From: the human T2T-CHM13v2.0 reference genome, Homo sapiens
DNA length: 64,000 nucleotides
NCBI RefSeq assembly: GCF_009914755.1
Contig: NC_060926.1
Direction: 5' to 3' (one strand)
Shown here in pieces: positions 14,631 to 27,383 of the stretch. Positions within the stretch are counted from its first letter, which is position 1, and each line of letters opens with the position of its first letter. The position numbers were made by a program, and so were the translations under genes. Under the pieces are notes generated by a model. It was not told the origin of the DNA and did no database searches. It saw only the letters and a list, made by a program, of their open reading frames with translations.

Positions 14631-16725
14631 CATGCCCCATATGTGCTTCTAGCCACTATATAATGCCACTACATAAATCTTTTACAAAAGACTGGGAGCT
14701 CCTCCCATGTAATATGTGTGCAGATTTACTCAACTTTACATTCCCGTAGGGCCTGGCATGTAGGAAGATGGCCAGCATAAAAGCCATAAGATGGCCAGGA
14801 GAGAAACATGAAGTCTCCCTGGTTGGTACACAGAACATTCTCCCACACCTTCCTATTATATGATCTGTGTTCATGGCTAGCAACAGTGCCCTAGGAAACA
14901 TAAGCTAAACAAGACCCTGCAGTGTCACTTGGAATAAATGAAAGTTCCTTTCTTCATCTCTGGACTTTACAATGGGGCAGTTCCCAAACTTCCCAAACAG
15001 AATTGCTGTCTCAGCACATTTTCCCCAAGCCCACACTCTAACTTCTTAAAGAGAACCAGGCTTGAGGCAGAAATGAGAGCTCTCCTTTCTTGACTCCCCT
15101 AAATCCCTATCCTTGCAGTCTGTTCTGGCTCCAAACGTGAGCAGTGCTCACTCTGGCCATTTCTGAGGCCCAGGTGAATTTTACCCACAAAGGAAACGAT
15201 TGTGTTACCCCATCCATATCAGTAAGGGTGATCTATGTTGTTATTCAGTTGGCTACTTCTGGCGATGGCGCTTTTAAACGTGACTAGCACCCCTTTAGAT
15301 AATTTCAAATGTATTTGGAATGTAACATAACAGAACACATTGTGTAAAACTGTGCATAGCAAAACCATTTCTCCAACAGCGATTTCAGTGGACCAGAGTC
15401 TGCTTCTTTCAGAAGCCCCCTGGATGCCTTAAGAATATTTGTCTCATTATCCCCATTATTTTCCCCTCCAGGGAACCGTCCCTAATAAACTTTGCTATGT
15501 CTCTTGTCCTGGCTAGTTTTAGTATGAGCCAGGGGAAAGATTTCAGAAAAGCAAGAGTTCTTTTCTGCCTGGGCTTGCAAAATTGTCTTTTGCTGCAGAT
15601 GCATCTGTTAGTAATGATTGAGACAATCTGTGCAGCATAAGAGAACTTGTTGAGAGATGACTCTAAAAAGATCCTCTTCCAATAAATGTTTAACTTCTTA
15701 GTACCTTTTCATGACAGCAGGATCATGAATTTAACGTCCCCAGAAGATGAGATGATGTCTTCTCACTTGGCATGACCATCTTAAAGTAATGCTTATACCT
15801 TGGAACCAGAGGTCCTTGAGAACTTCAGGGGCCCCAAAACTATAAATATTACCCGAAAGGATACTTCAGGTTCAAGTACCATTCCCAAGTTCTGGCCCTC
15901 TCTGATAAGCTCAGGATAATTGAATTTAGTAAAGATGATCATTGAGAGGACTGGAATCCCTCAGCCTTCTTCACGTGGCCAAGAAGACCTCAAGTCTAAA
16001 ATCAAATTTTCAGGAGGCTGAGAACATCAGAAAACTATTAGTTCTCTAACCCACTTCTTCTCTTATCATCTTTTTGCCTCTGTCTGGAAATGAAATCAGC
16101 ATGGTTTCCATCCAGAGATTTAGAGTAGTCTGGGTATAATACCAGGCCCAATGGGCCCAAGAGAAAACCGGAGTCATCTTCGGGTATCCCATTTCCCTCG
16201 TAGCTTTATTTGTCAACACAACACATTAGCTGATAAGGTAAGTTCACTCTACTCAAGCAGGGATTACAGACTCTGAGGAGTACAAGGTGACATGCAGGAG
16301 GACAAGAAGCACAGGAAAACCCATGGTACATTTTCCTGGAGTGCCAATAGAAGAGGAAATGGCACTATTTTTGGAGCATTACAAACTAGAGTAAAACGCA
16401 AACTTGTAGTAAAACGCAAAATTCATGGACTTTCAAAATAAAACTTAAAACTGCAAATACATTTTGAGTTTGAGGCATGAGCTTCCCACTCCTTGCCTAG
16501 ATCTCAGGGGGACACAATGTTTGTTTTCCTCCTCCATTAGGGGTGCTTTGATGGGTATTTGAGAAAAACTGTCCATATGTACCTCTCCCAGGGCTATTGA
16601 CATTTTAACAAGGTACTCGTATTGAAAAAAAAAAAAACTGTTACAAAAAAAAAAAAAACAGAATTAAAGAAAAAGTAAAAAATGAAAGAAGTGTTTACAG
16701 GAGTCTTCATATAGTTATGGCATTA

Positions 16726-17014
16726 CAGTTGGCTCCTCATATCTACGGGTTTGCATCTTCAGACTCAACCATGGATTGAAAATATTCCAAAAAATTAAAC
16801 AAAATTAAAAAAAACAATAAAAATTACAAATTTAAAACAATATTGTATAACAACTATTTACATAGCATTTACATTATATTCAGTATTATAAGCAATCTGA
16901 AGATGATTTAAAGTAGACAGGGGGATGCATGTAGGTTATAGGCAAATACTACACCATTTTATATAAGGGACGTGGGCATCCATGGATTTTGGTACCTGTG
17001 GGGGTCCTGGAACC
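16726..17014 (-). mobile_element. MER2 (TcMar-Tigger) DNA transposon relic, one end missing
   Basis: TA then cagttggctcctcatatc ... aactatttacatagcatttacatt ... ccattttatataagggac ... ggtcctggaacc; the second TIR is absent. Confidence 0.85.
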
Positions 17015-17029
17015 TACAACTATGACAGT

Positions 17030-17135
17030 AGTCCTCAATACACCTCATTTTATTTAAAGGTAGAATCTGAGGTCCAGAAAGGTTTGGTAATTTGTCCAAC
17101 ATCACATAACCCTAGGTGGCAAAGCCAAGACGCAA
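17030..17135 (-). mobile_element. MIR fragment
   Basis: cctcattttatttaaaggtagaatctgaggtccagaaaggtttggtaatttgtccaacatcaca. Confidence 0.55.
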
Positions 17136-18201
17136 TGAGCAGAAATAGTGAAGTAAGAAGGGCCTTGGCTAGCCCCCTCACATCATTGCCCACAGACAGC
17201 CATCTGCTCCACCCCGTGAAAGGGCCACTGGATCTGCCCCCAGATGCTGTGTCGCTGCAGCTTTCCGGGCCTGTCCTGTGGAGGATGCTTCCCACCGCAC
17301 CAACAGCACAACAGCAGCCTCCCAGACCCAGGAAGGGAGAGTCAGCTTAAGGTTATTCTCTCAGCATACATCTCTGTTGAACTTCAGTGATCCCTCCAGC
17401 CTGGCTGGGGATAGTTTTGTCGAGACAGACATGTTACTCTTCGCCAATAGAAAGGAGGTCCTTGAAGGGATTGTATGGAAATTAGAAAAATGAGCGACCT
17501 GAGGATGCACGACTATTTTGGTCCTAATCTCTCGTTCTCTCTGTGTGTCTCGCTCAGAGCCTGATTCCCAAATCTACCACTCTGTTTCTTCCTCAGTTTC
17601 TATTTATTTCTGTCGCTGTTTGTTTTCTTTCTACTCTCTTCCCCCCTCTTCTTCTTATATTTTCTCTTTATTTGATTTGAAAAAATTATCATTTGTAACA
17701 AGCCTGAGGCTATAAGCATCACAATATGTAATTAAAATACGTAAAGCAAGTGACAGCTTTAGTACATTGCTTGGAGTTTTGTTGCATATTTATTAATATG
17801 TCTGCAATTTAATTGGAAGGATTTCAGCCTAGTCTGTCAGATATGCTTATATGCTAGTCTAGGCTTCCACTCCAGGAGAAGTCAGTCACCTTAATGGAAA
17901 ACCCATACTTCTGGGGTGCTCTGTTGGCAAGATATCAGAATGGATGCCCCTAGAAGCAGCTACTAAAAAATGCTGCTTCTTTCTATATTTCAATCAGCAC
18001 CCAATATTTTGTTAATTAGCATAGTGAATTTTAGAACTATTAAAAGGGGCTACTTATTCAATAAATCAATGACTTTCTAATTGGCATATTACAGGATTTT
18101 TCACATATTTATTATACTCCTTAAATACCCTATTTTATAGCAGTGGATTCTGAGGTTCAAGAATGTTAGAAATGGGCTTTGTTGGTAAAACTGTGTTCAA
18201 G

Positions 18202-18221
18202 ATATATATATATATATATAC
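18202..18221. repeat. (TA)n microsatellite
   Basis: atatatatatatatatata. Confidence 0.85.
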
Positions 18222-18824
18222 ACTAAAATATTTAAGACACTCTCCCCACCCGTGCTTAAACAGGGTATCAGAATCTAGCCAGGCCTATGGACGATCTCTT
18301 TTGAGATGATGCACAGAGCTTGTTTTCTGAATGGCCCCACGTCCAGCCATTAGCCAGGAGGATCTCTGGTTGCCTGAACTGCAGTTGGAACAGAATCCTG
18401 CCTCTGGAATATCTTCATGTCCACCTCAAGTGGATTTTCATGCAAGCAGGGATGCATGCACCCAAAAGGACAGAAGCTTAGGATGCCATTATGTTTGCAG
18501 AGCAGATTATCAGAGCTGTTTTGTGCCTACTTACATGACTGCTTCGTGAATGTTCACGTGTGTGGCAGAATTTGGACTGAGATCTGCTTTCATGATAACC
18601 TGATATGAAGGTTGTGAGGCAATAGCTAACCCACACCCGCCACAAACTTCATCAGAGGTTCTTGTTACCTACCAAAAAGGACTTGAGAATTGTGTGTTAG
18701 GTTAGTTCATAACAAAAATGTAAGAAAACAAGCAAAGGCAGCATTGTTTCCTATTTCTGCTGCCTCCAGAGGACTCTGAGAAGGAAACATGGAGAAGAGC
18801 TGGTATAACAACAACGCCCTGTAC

Positions 18825-18950
18825 TAAGAGACTGAGATGGAAACCTAGGTTCCCCATAGCTACCACCAATTATCTATTTAATTTTGGGCAAGTCACTTAA
18901 CCCTGTGAGTCTTGAGTGTTGCATCTGTAAAGCAGGAATAATTGTTTACT
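18825..18950 (+). mobile_element. MIR fragment
   Basis: ttgggcaagtcacttaaccctgtgagtcttgagtgttgcatctgtaaagcaggaataat. Confidence 0.75.
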
Positions 18951-19074
18951 TGCACCAAGTGTTTCTTGAACTTTGGAAGTTATTACTCAAGGAAGTGGTA
19001 GCTTTGCTTTTGGGTAAAGATACACTTCCCTGACTTCAAAATATTCCAACTCCTTTTTTTTTTAATCATTGGAG

Positions 19075-20855
19075 ATTTTTTTTTGTTACAGCTTTATTGA
19101 AATATAATTCACACACCACTCAATTCAACCATTTAAAGTACACTGCTCAACAGCTTTTAGTATATTCATAGAGTTGTGAAACCATCACCACAAGCAGTTT
19201 TAGAACATTTTATCACCCCAGAAAGACACCCTATATCCTTTTGTTATCGCTCCCTAATCTCCCCATTCTCCCTCAGCATTAAGCAATCACTAATTTACTT
19301 TCTATCTCTGTGTCTCTACTTTCTTTTTTCGGGGGACAAAGTCTTACTCTGTTGCGAGAGCTGATCTCGGCTCACTGCAATCTCTGCCTCCTGGGTTCAA
19401 GCAATTCTCCCACCTCAGCCTCCTGAGTAGCTGGGATTACAGGCGCCTACCACCATACCCGGCTAATTTTTGTATTTTCAGTAGAGATGGGGTTTTGCCA
19501 TGTAGGCCAGGCTTGTCTTGAACTCCTGACCTCAAGTAATCCACCCACCTCAGCCTCCCAAATTCTATGTCTCTACTTTCTACCAATTCTGGATATTTCA
19601 TATAAATAGAATCTCACAGTATATGAACATTTGTGGCTGGCTTCTTTCACTTAGCGTGATGTTTTGAAAATAAATTTATGCTCTAGCATGTGTCAGTACT
19701 CCACACCTTTTATAGCCAAATAATATTCCAGTGTATGGATATACCACATTTTATTTATTAAATCATCAGTTGATGGACATTTGGTTTGTTTCTACCTTTT
19801 AGTTATTATGGATAATGATGCTAGGAACATTTTATGTGCAAGTGTTTGTGCAAACAGATGTTTTCATTTCTCTTGAGTAGATACTGGTGGGGTGGAACTA
19901 CTGGGTTGTATGGTAACTCTGTGTTTAGCCTTTTAAGGAATGACCAGACTGTTTTCCAAAATGGCTGCATCATTTTACATTCCCACCAGCAGTGCATAAG
20001 GATTCCAATTTCTCCATACCCTTGCCAACACTTGTTATTTTTTGTTTTTTAATTAGAGTGGGTATGAAATGTATCTCATTTTGGTTTTCATTTACATTTC
20101 CCCAATGGCTAATAATGTGTTGTGTGTCATTTCTTGTGCTTGTCGGGCTTTTATATATCTTTTTTAGAGAGATTTCTATTCAAATCCTTTGCCCATTTTA
20201 ATGTCTGGTTATCTAGTATTGAGCTGTAAGCATTAACACTCTAGATATAAGTCCCTTATCAAATATATGATTTGAATATTTTCTTCTCCCTTTCTGTCAG
20301 TCTTTTTTACTTTCTTGTATTCTCTGAACAAGAAGGGAAGTTTTAAATGTTAGAGAAGTCCCGTTTATCTATTTGTTTCCTTTTGTTTGTGCTTTTGGTG
20401 TCATATCTAAGAATCCATTGCCAAATCTAAGGTCACAAAGATTCACCCCTATGTTTTCACCTACGAGTTTTATAGTTTTGCTCTTATCATTAGGTCTTCA
20501 ATTCATTTTGAGTTAATTTTTGTATATCGTTTAAAGTGGTAATCCAACTTCATTCTTTTGCATGTGGCTATCCAGTTACACCAGCACGATTTGTTGAATA
20601 GACCATTCTTTCTCCTTTTAATGAACTTGGCACTTTTGTTGAAAACCAATTTACCATAGACATGTAGGTTTATTTCTGGATTCTCATTTCTGTTCCATTG
20701 ATCAATATGCCTATCTTTGTCCCAGAACCACACTGTCCTGATTACTGTTACTTTGTAGTAAGTTTTGTAATTGGAAAGTGTGAGTCCTCTAACTTTGTTC
20801 TTTTTCAAGATTGTTTGGGTTATTCTGGGTCCCTTGCATTTCCATATGAATTTTC
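19075..20855 (-). mobile_element. Old LINE-1 3' portion (L1MB-like), 5'-truncated
   Basis: Antisense 3'UTR (acagctttattgaaatataattcac...) and ORF2 C-terminal fragment KKNKVRGLTLSNYKTYYKVTVIRTVWFW..IDQWNR (ORF 20503-20808). Confidence 0.88.
19325..19563 (-). mobile_element. 5'-truncated Alu inserted in the L1MB element
   Basis: Alu body ending at cctcagcctcccaaa; ~18-bp TSD tct(g/a)tgtctctactttct at 19307-19324 and 19564-19581. Confidence 0.9.
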
Positions 20856-21499
20856 AACTCCTTCTTGTCTCAAAAAGGAAAACTATTCTAGTGTTAGTGG
20901 GTTGCAACATCTATAAATGGCTTTTAATTGTTGCCTTCTTTAGACTTAAAAGCAAAGAAATCTAAAATTTCTATAGTTCTGTGTCCTTAATATAGTAGGA
21001 ATTTCCTGAAAACAAGTTTATCAAAGACTGAACATTCTTTAAATTTTCTCTTGCACAATTTCTTCTCATTTCCCTAATGAGAGATCTTTTAAAACTGTTG
21101 GCCTTGAGAAACTGCCTGCTAAGAATGCTCTCAGACACTTGGCCACATCATCCTTAATTTCAGGCTTCTAGAGGCTCTCACTGGCCAGAGAAAAAGGGAC
21201 AGCCAACAAGAATTAGTCCAATATCAATTCGGCAATCTGAAGAAAGGAATAATTTTTAAAAAACGTTCTCTGAAACCACTCTCTTATTTAAAATTCTTGA
21301 TTCAGGAATAACCTAATAAAGCTGTTTGCCCTTACCCTCCCCACTTCACCCCCACAGGATAATGCAACGGTCTTCAGAACCCATGTGAAAATTCTCTCTC
21401 AAATGAGCACATTGAGAGGCAAGGAAAATGGTGTTGAAAGCAGTGGAAACCTGCAGAGAGGAGAGGAAAGGATGGCGAGCACAATAAGAGCATAAACCA

Positions 21500-21566
21500 A
21501 TAGGAAGAGAGAAGGGAAGAGAATGAAGAGGAGAAAGGGAAAGGGGAGCTCAGAAAGGGAGAGAAG
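21500..21566. repeat. GA-rich low-complexity tract
   Basis: aggaagagagaagggaagagaatgaagaggagaaagggaaaggggag. Confidence 0.65.
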
Positions 21567-22520
21567 CATATGGCAGGTATCAATTATTTACCATTTATGT
21601 ACAATAAAAAAATGCACTTTAACTACAGGAAGAGCACCAAATCCACTCAATAACCATTTAAAAGCATATGGAAATAAAACACAGCCATTTAAAGGGTTGT
21701 AATAAATGTGCAATGCTCTTCGTAATGCCCCTGAAAGAATACAAGTGTTAAGCCTTGGTAAATTACACTTAAAAGTAAGTGTAACATAAAAACGAAATTA
21801 GACATACAAATAACCTCACACTTAGGCATTTTTTAAAGTCTCTTTCAAACAGTTAATTAGAAAAGACTCTAAGGAGCATAACTTTTCTTTTTCCCATATT
21901 CTCTTCTTTTAACAATAGAGCCAAGCAAATGGCAGGAGCAAATAAACACAGATCTGGGACATAGGAAAGGTCTGCATCATGTTGTCTGCTCTGAAAAAGG
22001 GAAAAGGGGGAAGAAAATAAATAGATGGCACTGTTGGAACTGTTCCCTTCACTTATTAGAGAACTGAATGAAACCCTTTAAACAAAGGTCACAAAAAATA
22101 TGTAGTTGGCATCATAGGCTCTGTTTCCCAATTACACATTTTAATAGATTCAATGTTCTCTTCAAAATGCACTAGCCAATCAGAAAGTACTCTCCACCTC
22201 ATGTGCCCATTCTTCATTAACATCTGCTGTGGAATACAGTCATGGTTCCAGTAAACCAGGCCCAGCATGGTTCAGCCTTCAAGGGGAGAGAATTGAAAGG
22301 AGTTTTGCTCTGAGGGGGCTGTGGCCATGAGATCCCAGATTAAAGCAGGGGGCTGTGAGCAGCTGTGTTCCAGCCTGCAAATTCCACATAACAGCTCTAA
22401 TCACAAACCAGAGTTCTCTCATCAATGAGGAGCATATTGTCTTTGCCACCCCATCCAGTCGGTCCTCAAATCTCTTCTGTATTTGGAGCCTAGTACATGA
22501 TACATATATAATTTTATGAA

Positions 22521-23040
22521 TGTTGCAGCTTGGGTTTTCAGGAAGCTGATTCTGAGACAGAGATTAGTGTGCAGAACATTTTTAGGGAGTGCTGTTAGGA
22601 TTTAACTCTTAGGAAAAGAAAGGGGAGAAGAGGGGACGGGAGAGGAAAGGAGGGGAGGGAAGGGAAGGGAAGGGGTAGGAAAGGAAGGGAGTAAGACTAG
22701 GCAGAGGGAGAAAGCTGGGCTACAATGAAGTTTCAGTGGACATCTCGCTGGCCCACTGGGGAATTCTGAAGATGGACTGACCTCTCAATGCTATTCCAGT
22801 TGGGGAGAGAGCCAGGCCTCTCTACCCCTTCATCAGCCAGTCATTGGATGTAGCTGCCCAGGAAGGGGCTGTGACCTCTTCAAGGCTGCTCTCCTCATCT
22901 GAGACATCCCTGAAAGGAACTGAATGCCGTGAGCCATCTGCTTGCAGACCAGTGGCTGGGAAGTCAGACCTAAGTCCTGAAAGACGATTAAGCAGCACAT
23001 CTCCACGTCCACCACGGAGAACAAGGAGAAAAGTCCCACT
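22521..23040 (-). mobile_element. ERVL LTR (LTR33-like) with internal GA-rich expansion
   Basis: tgttgcagcttgggttttcaggaagctgattctgagacagagattagtgtgcag... is the reverse of the LTR33-type 3' end; purine tract at 22615-22690. Confidence 0.7.
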
Positions 23041-24477
23041 CAGGTTCCTGTGTGCATTCAGGAAACATGTGTTGTATCATTTTAATGGGCATGGCACGGA
23101 TCTGTGATTATGGTTTACTTTAATGTTTTCCAGCAAGTCTTCAAGCACAGAACACAAAGAGTTTTGGGCCCATTGCCTCACCCAAGTTCTCTGTGAGGCA
23201 GTACTGCCTCAAGGACTCGCCTGCCCATTTTACACGTTAGAAAACTGATAACAGCAAAAAGCAATTGACCAGAGTCTTTGACAGGCAAGCCCTTCAGTAT
23301 TTAAAATAAAAAGGCATCTTGAGGAGATGATAGTAAACCTTGCCTAGAAAAACAGTCGATGCATTGACATAGGGTTATAGGTGGACGTGAAAAAGGGGGA
23401 TGTAGCTAATGAGAAATACCCTAGAGCTCTAAATTCTTTCTTCCTCCCTGGCTTCTATCTTTGCAGATGCTGAAGGGAATGATATAGTCGATAAATTATA
23501 CTCTGACCCCATTTTCTAAATTTCATTAAAAACATTTTTTTTTCTGTATCTGAAAATGCCTCTCTCAACTCTTAAAAAGACACTCCTGGGTCTGTGTTAT
23601 TACCCAATAAGTAACGTGCTACTGTGTGCACTGACTGTAATCAAGCCCATGCCGCCAGCCTAACAATGCACCTAAGTGTGCCACAGACCTCCAGTGCTCA
23701 CCCTGTTGTGTCATTTCACTTAATTAATAAGCAGAACAAAGATTTCAGAAAAGGGAGAAATTCGATTACGCAGCACTGTAATGGCACTCAAGTCTGCTGT
23801 AAATACTGAGTGGGGTCTACCCCCTTAAAATCTCCATTTGCTCCACCGTTGTACAGTAGAAATGTCAGCGCGACTCCCCGCACGTCCCCTTTTAGTTGAC
23901 CTTTAGCTGCATCTCTCAGTAATACTAAACCATTAGTCATGCCTGGGTCAGTGATGTGTCAATAACAGAATAATTATTGAAGATAGCCTTAAGAGGAAGG
24001 ACATCAGCCTCAAATCAGCATTAGCTCAACTCAAACCGCCACCAGGGCTTGTTGAATAAATGAATGCATGTCTAATAAAAGGCCTCTTTACATCTGGAGA
24101 CCTAAAGACTGTTGATTCCATTAATCCAAAGGGTTATTTGTAGCTGCTAAACACGTTTTTAGACCAATAAGTGACAGGCTTTTACTCCTGCTGACTGCAA
24201 CCCACCCTTCTCAAGTAGAACAAATTCACTGTACTTAATGGCTCTGGCATTTTAAAAGGAAGTTGGTCAGCAGGGCTGTTTGGAACATCTGCACCTTTGC
24301 AGAACACTAAATGCAGGGGAGAAACTCTTCCCACTCACAGGAGATGCAATCTTGAGATTCTGAAATCAGGGTGCCTCCAAACTCTGCGCTAGACCTCTGG
24401 TGGAAACCAAACAGCGAGGTGCTAATAAAAGAAATAAGGGACACTCAGAGAGGCAGCGCAGCTCAACAATTAACATC

Positions 24478-24743
24478 AGAAACGCAGGAAATAGATATGC
24501 ACACAGGGAGAGCACCATGTGAAGATGGCAATTGTGCTGCCAGAAGCCAAGGAACTCCCAGAAGCTGGGAGAGAGGCCTGGAACACATCCTTCCCCAGCA
24601 CCTTAGAGGGAGCATGGCCCTGCTAATACCTTGATCTTGGACTTTTAGCCTCCAGACTGGTGAAACAATAACTGTTTATTGTTTAAGCCACTCAGTTTGT
24701 GCCATACAGTACTTCATTACGCCAGCCCTGGCAAACTAATGCA
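24478..24743 (+). mobile_element. MaLR LTR fragment (MLT1B-like)
   Basis: ccatgtgaagatgg ... agagaggcctggaac ... ccttgatcttggacttttagcctccag ... cagccctggcaaactaatgca. Confidence 0.8.
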
Positions 24744-24769
24744 CTGGAGTAATAACTTGCAGCTAGCAG

Positions 24770-24940
24770 GCCTTGTGTGGAATTCTATCCTCATCATTCA
24801 CTTGTTGTGTCATATTGGGCAAGTTACTTAGAATCCTTGACCCTCTCCTATAAAACCAGGACAATAATACATGGTTTATCTGTCTCACAAATTTATTATT
24901 GGGATCAAAACTTTACATACACAAAAGCATTTTCCAAACT
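24770..24940 (+). mobile_element. MIR fragment
   Basis: ttgggcaagttactta ... ctataaaaccaggacaataatac. Confidence 0.6.
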
Positions 24941-25204
24941 CTAACAGAGCCCAGGGAAGGAGAGAGAGCTCAAGCTAGGAAATGTAATATAGATGCTCAA
25001 TAGCAGTCTTTATATACTGTGACAGTCTTCATTAAAAGCAATATATAATATTTCTGTAATGCTTGTTGATTTTTTTTAATGAGAAGGTGTTTCTTCTATG
25101 TTCATTGTAACCAGAATAAATCCCGTGGTTCCTCAGACCCAGTTGTTGCATAGAGCTCCATTAAAGAAAAGAAAAGTTCAATAAACAGGTGACTTTAAAG
25201 GGCA

Positions 25205-26098
25205 GTCATCTGTAGCCTTGATATGACGTAACAAAAAATAGCACTTTACCTCTGTGGTCTTCCTCCTCAAAACCTAGAACCCTAGTTTACTCATAAGAAA
25301 AACATCAGGCAAATTCCAATAAAGGAACATCCTACAAAATACCTGACCCGTACTCCTCAAAACTATTAAGAACATCAAAGGAAAGCTTAAAAAACCACCA
25401 CAGCCAAAAGGAGTCTAAACACATATTACAACTAAATGTTATGGGGTATCCTGGATGGGATCTGATATCGTTTGAATGTTTGTCCCCTCCAAATCTCATG
25501 TTAAAATGTGATCCCTAGTGTTGGAGGTGGGGCCTATAGGTGATGTTTGGGTCATGGGGGTGGATCCCTCCTGAATGGCTTGGTGCCCTCCCTGTGGTAA
25601 TGAGTTATGACAAGATCTGATTGTTAAAAGAGTTTGGAACCTTCTTCCCTCTCTCTTGCCCCCTCTCTCGCCCTGTGACACACTGGCTCCTCCTTTTGCC
25701 TTCCCCCATGAGTGAAAGCTCCCCAAGGCCTCACCAGAAGCCAGGCAGATGCTGGTGCCATCCTTGTACAGCCTGAAGGACTGTCGGTCAAATAAACCTC
25801 TTTTCTTTATAAATTGCCCAGTCTTAGGTATTTCTTTATAGCAATGCAAAACAGGCTAACACAGGAGCCTAGAGCAGGAAAAAGACTTTATGTAAAAAAT
25901 AAAAAAATCTGAATAAACTATGGGATTTTATTAATAAAAATGTAAGCATTGGTTTATTAATTATAGCAAATGTATCATACTAATGTAAGATGTTAATAAT
26001 AGGGGAAACCAACCACAGGGATATGGAAACTCTCTACCATCTTCTCAATTATTTTGTAAATCTAAAACTGTTCTAAAAAATAAAGTTCATTTTAAAAA
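25205..26098 (+). mobile_element. Old LINE-1 3'UTR (L1MD-like), split by an MST LTR
   Basis: acatcctacaaaatacctgac..ctcctcaaaact.. and ..atactaatgtaagatgttaataataggggaaac..gtaaatctaaaactgttctaaaaaataaagtt. Confidence 0.8.
25463..25863 (+). mobile_element. MaLR solo LTR (MSTB-like)
   Basis: TG...CA ends (tgatatcgtttgaatgtttgtcccctccaaatctcatg ... ggctaacaca), aataaa, 5-bp TSD ggatc/ggagc. Confidence 0.9.
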
Positions 26099-26171
26099 AA
26101 GCAATCCAAATTGCTTTTATCTTTTGAAGAGTATTAGAGAAAATTAAATGTATGACTCACAAAAACACTTT

Positions 26172-26471
26172 ATTTATTTATTTATTTTTTGAGACAGAGT
26201 CTCGCTCTGTCACCCAGGCTGGAGTGCAGTGGTACGATCTCAGCTCACTGCAACCTCTACCTCCCGGGTTTAAGCAATTCCCTGCCTCAGACTCCCAAGT
26301 AGCTGGGACTACAGGTGCCTGCCACCACGCCTGGCTAATCTTTTTATTTTTTGCAGACACAGGGTTTCGCCATGTTGGCCAGGCTAGTCTTGAACTCCTA
26401 ACCTCAAGTGATCCACCCACCTTGGCCTCCCAAAGCACTAGGATTACAGGCACGAGCCACCGCACCTATCC
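26172..26471 (-). mobile_element. Alu SINE (AluS-like)
   Basis: Antisense Alu with (TTTA)n tail; 13-bp TSD acaaaaacacttt at 26159-26171 and 26472-26484. Confidence 0.96.
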
Positions 26472-26581
26472 ACAAAAACACTTTTTAAAAATCCCCATAT
26501 TCTCTTCTCTCTAGGTATTGATTTGTTAACTTCTCCAGAGCCTCTTACTCTGTCAAATCTCTACACATACATACGCATGCA

Positions 26582-26582
<1 letters not shown>

Positions 26583-26612
<30 letters not shown>
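26583..26612. repeat. (CA)n microsatellite
   Basis: About 15 CA units. Confidence 0.93.
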
Positions 26613-26619
<7 letters not shown>

Positions 26620-26904
26620 GCCTGAAACATGTGGCTTTTTTGTCTCTTGTGCTCTCCTGCTGATACAGTGCCATCTCCACTGTTCCCATTCCCCATGAAG
26701 AGACAGCCCCTCTAGAACACCTGGGGACTCAGTAGTTCCATGTCCCCGTTCTTCCCTCAGTTGCTCACAAAAAAAAGTATGAGGCATTCCCTGGAATATA
26801 TAGTTCTTCTCCATGTCTGTCATTCAACCCAGCAACACTGCAGCCCCCCGCTTTGGCCTTTTCACCCCTTTTGGCATGAGGTAGTAATTGGAGTCTCCAG
26901 TAAG

Positions 26905-27383
26905 GGTTTGTTTTTCCCCAGGGCTGTTATAACCAATTATCTCAAATTTGGTGGCTTAAAATAACAGAAATGTATTCTCTTGCAGTTCTGGATATTGTGG
27001 AGGAAAAGTCTGAAATCAAGGTGTTGGCGTGGCCACACTTTCTCCAAAAGTTCCAGGGGAATATTCTTCCTTCACTCTTTTGGCTTCTAGTGGCTCCAGC
27101 TGCTTCTTGGCTTATGGCAGCCTGACTCCAATGTCTGCCTCTGTCTTCACGTGGCCTTCTCGCAGTGTAGCTCTGTGTCTCAAATCTCTTTCTCTTTTCT
27201 CTTATAAGAACACCAGTCATTGGATTAAGGATCTGCCCTAAATCCACGATGACCTCATCTTGAAATCATTAACTTAATTACATCTATTAAGACCCTCTTT
27301 CCAAATAAGATCACATTCACAGGTACCAGAGGTTAGGACTTAGATGTATTTTTTGGGAGGAAGACACAAATCAACCCACTACA
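26905..27383 (-). mobile_element. MaLR LTR (MLT1C-like)
   Basis: ggtggcttaaaataacagaaatgtattctcttgcagttctgga ... ttataagaacaccagtcattggattaagg ... caacccactaca. Confidence 0.85.

Noticed and set aside
15332-15346. GRE/ARE-like AGAACAcatTGTGTA
   Set aside because: Second half-site has two mismatches; expected by chance.
16624-16690. Orphan poly(A) tracts as a possible retrocopy tail
   Set aside because: No upstream retrogene body or TSD identified.
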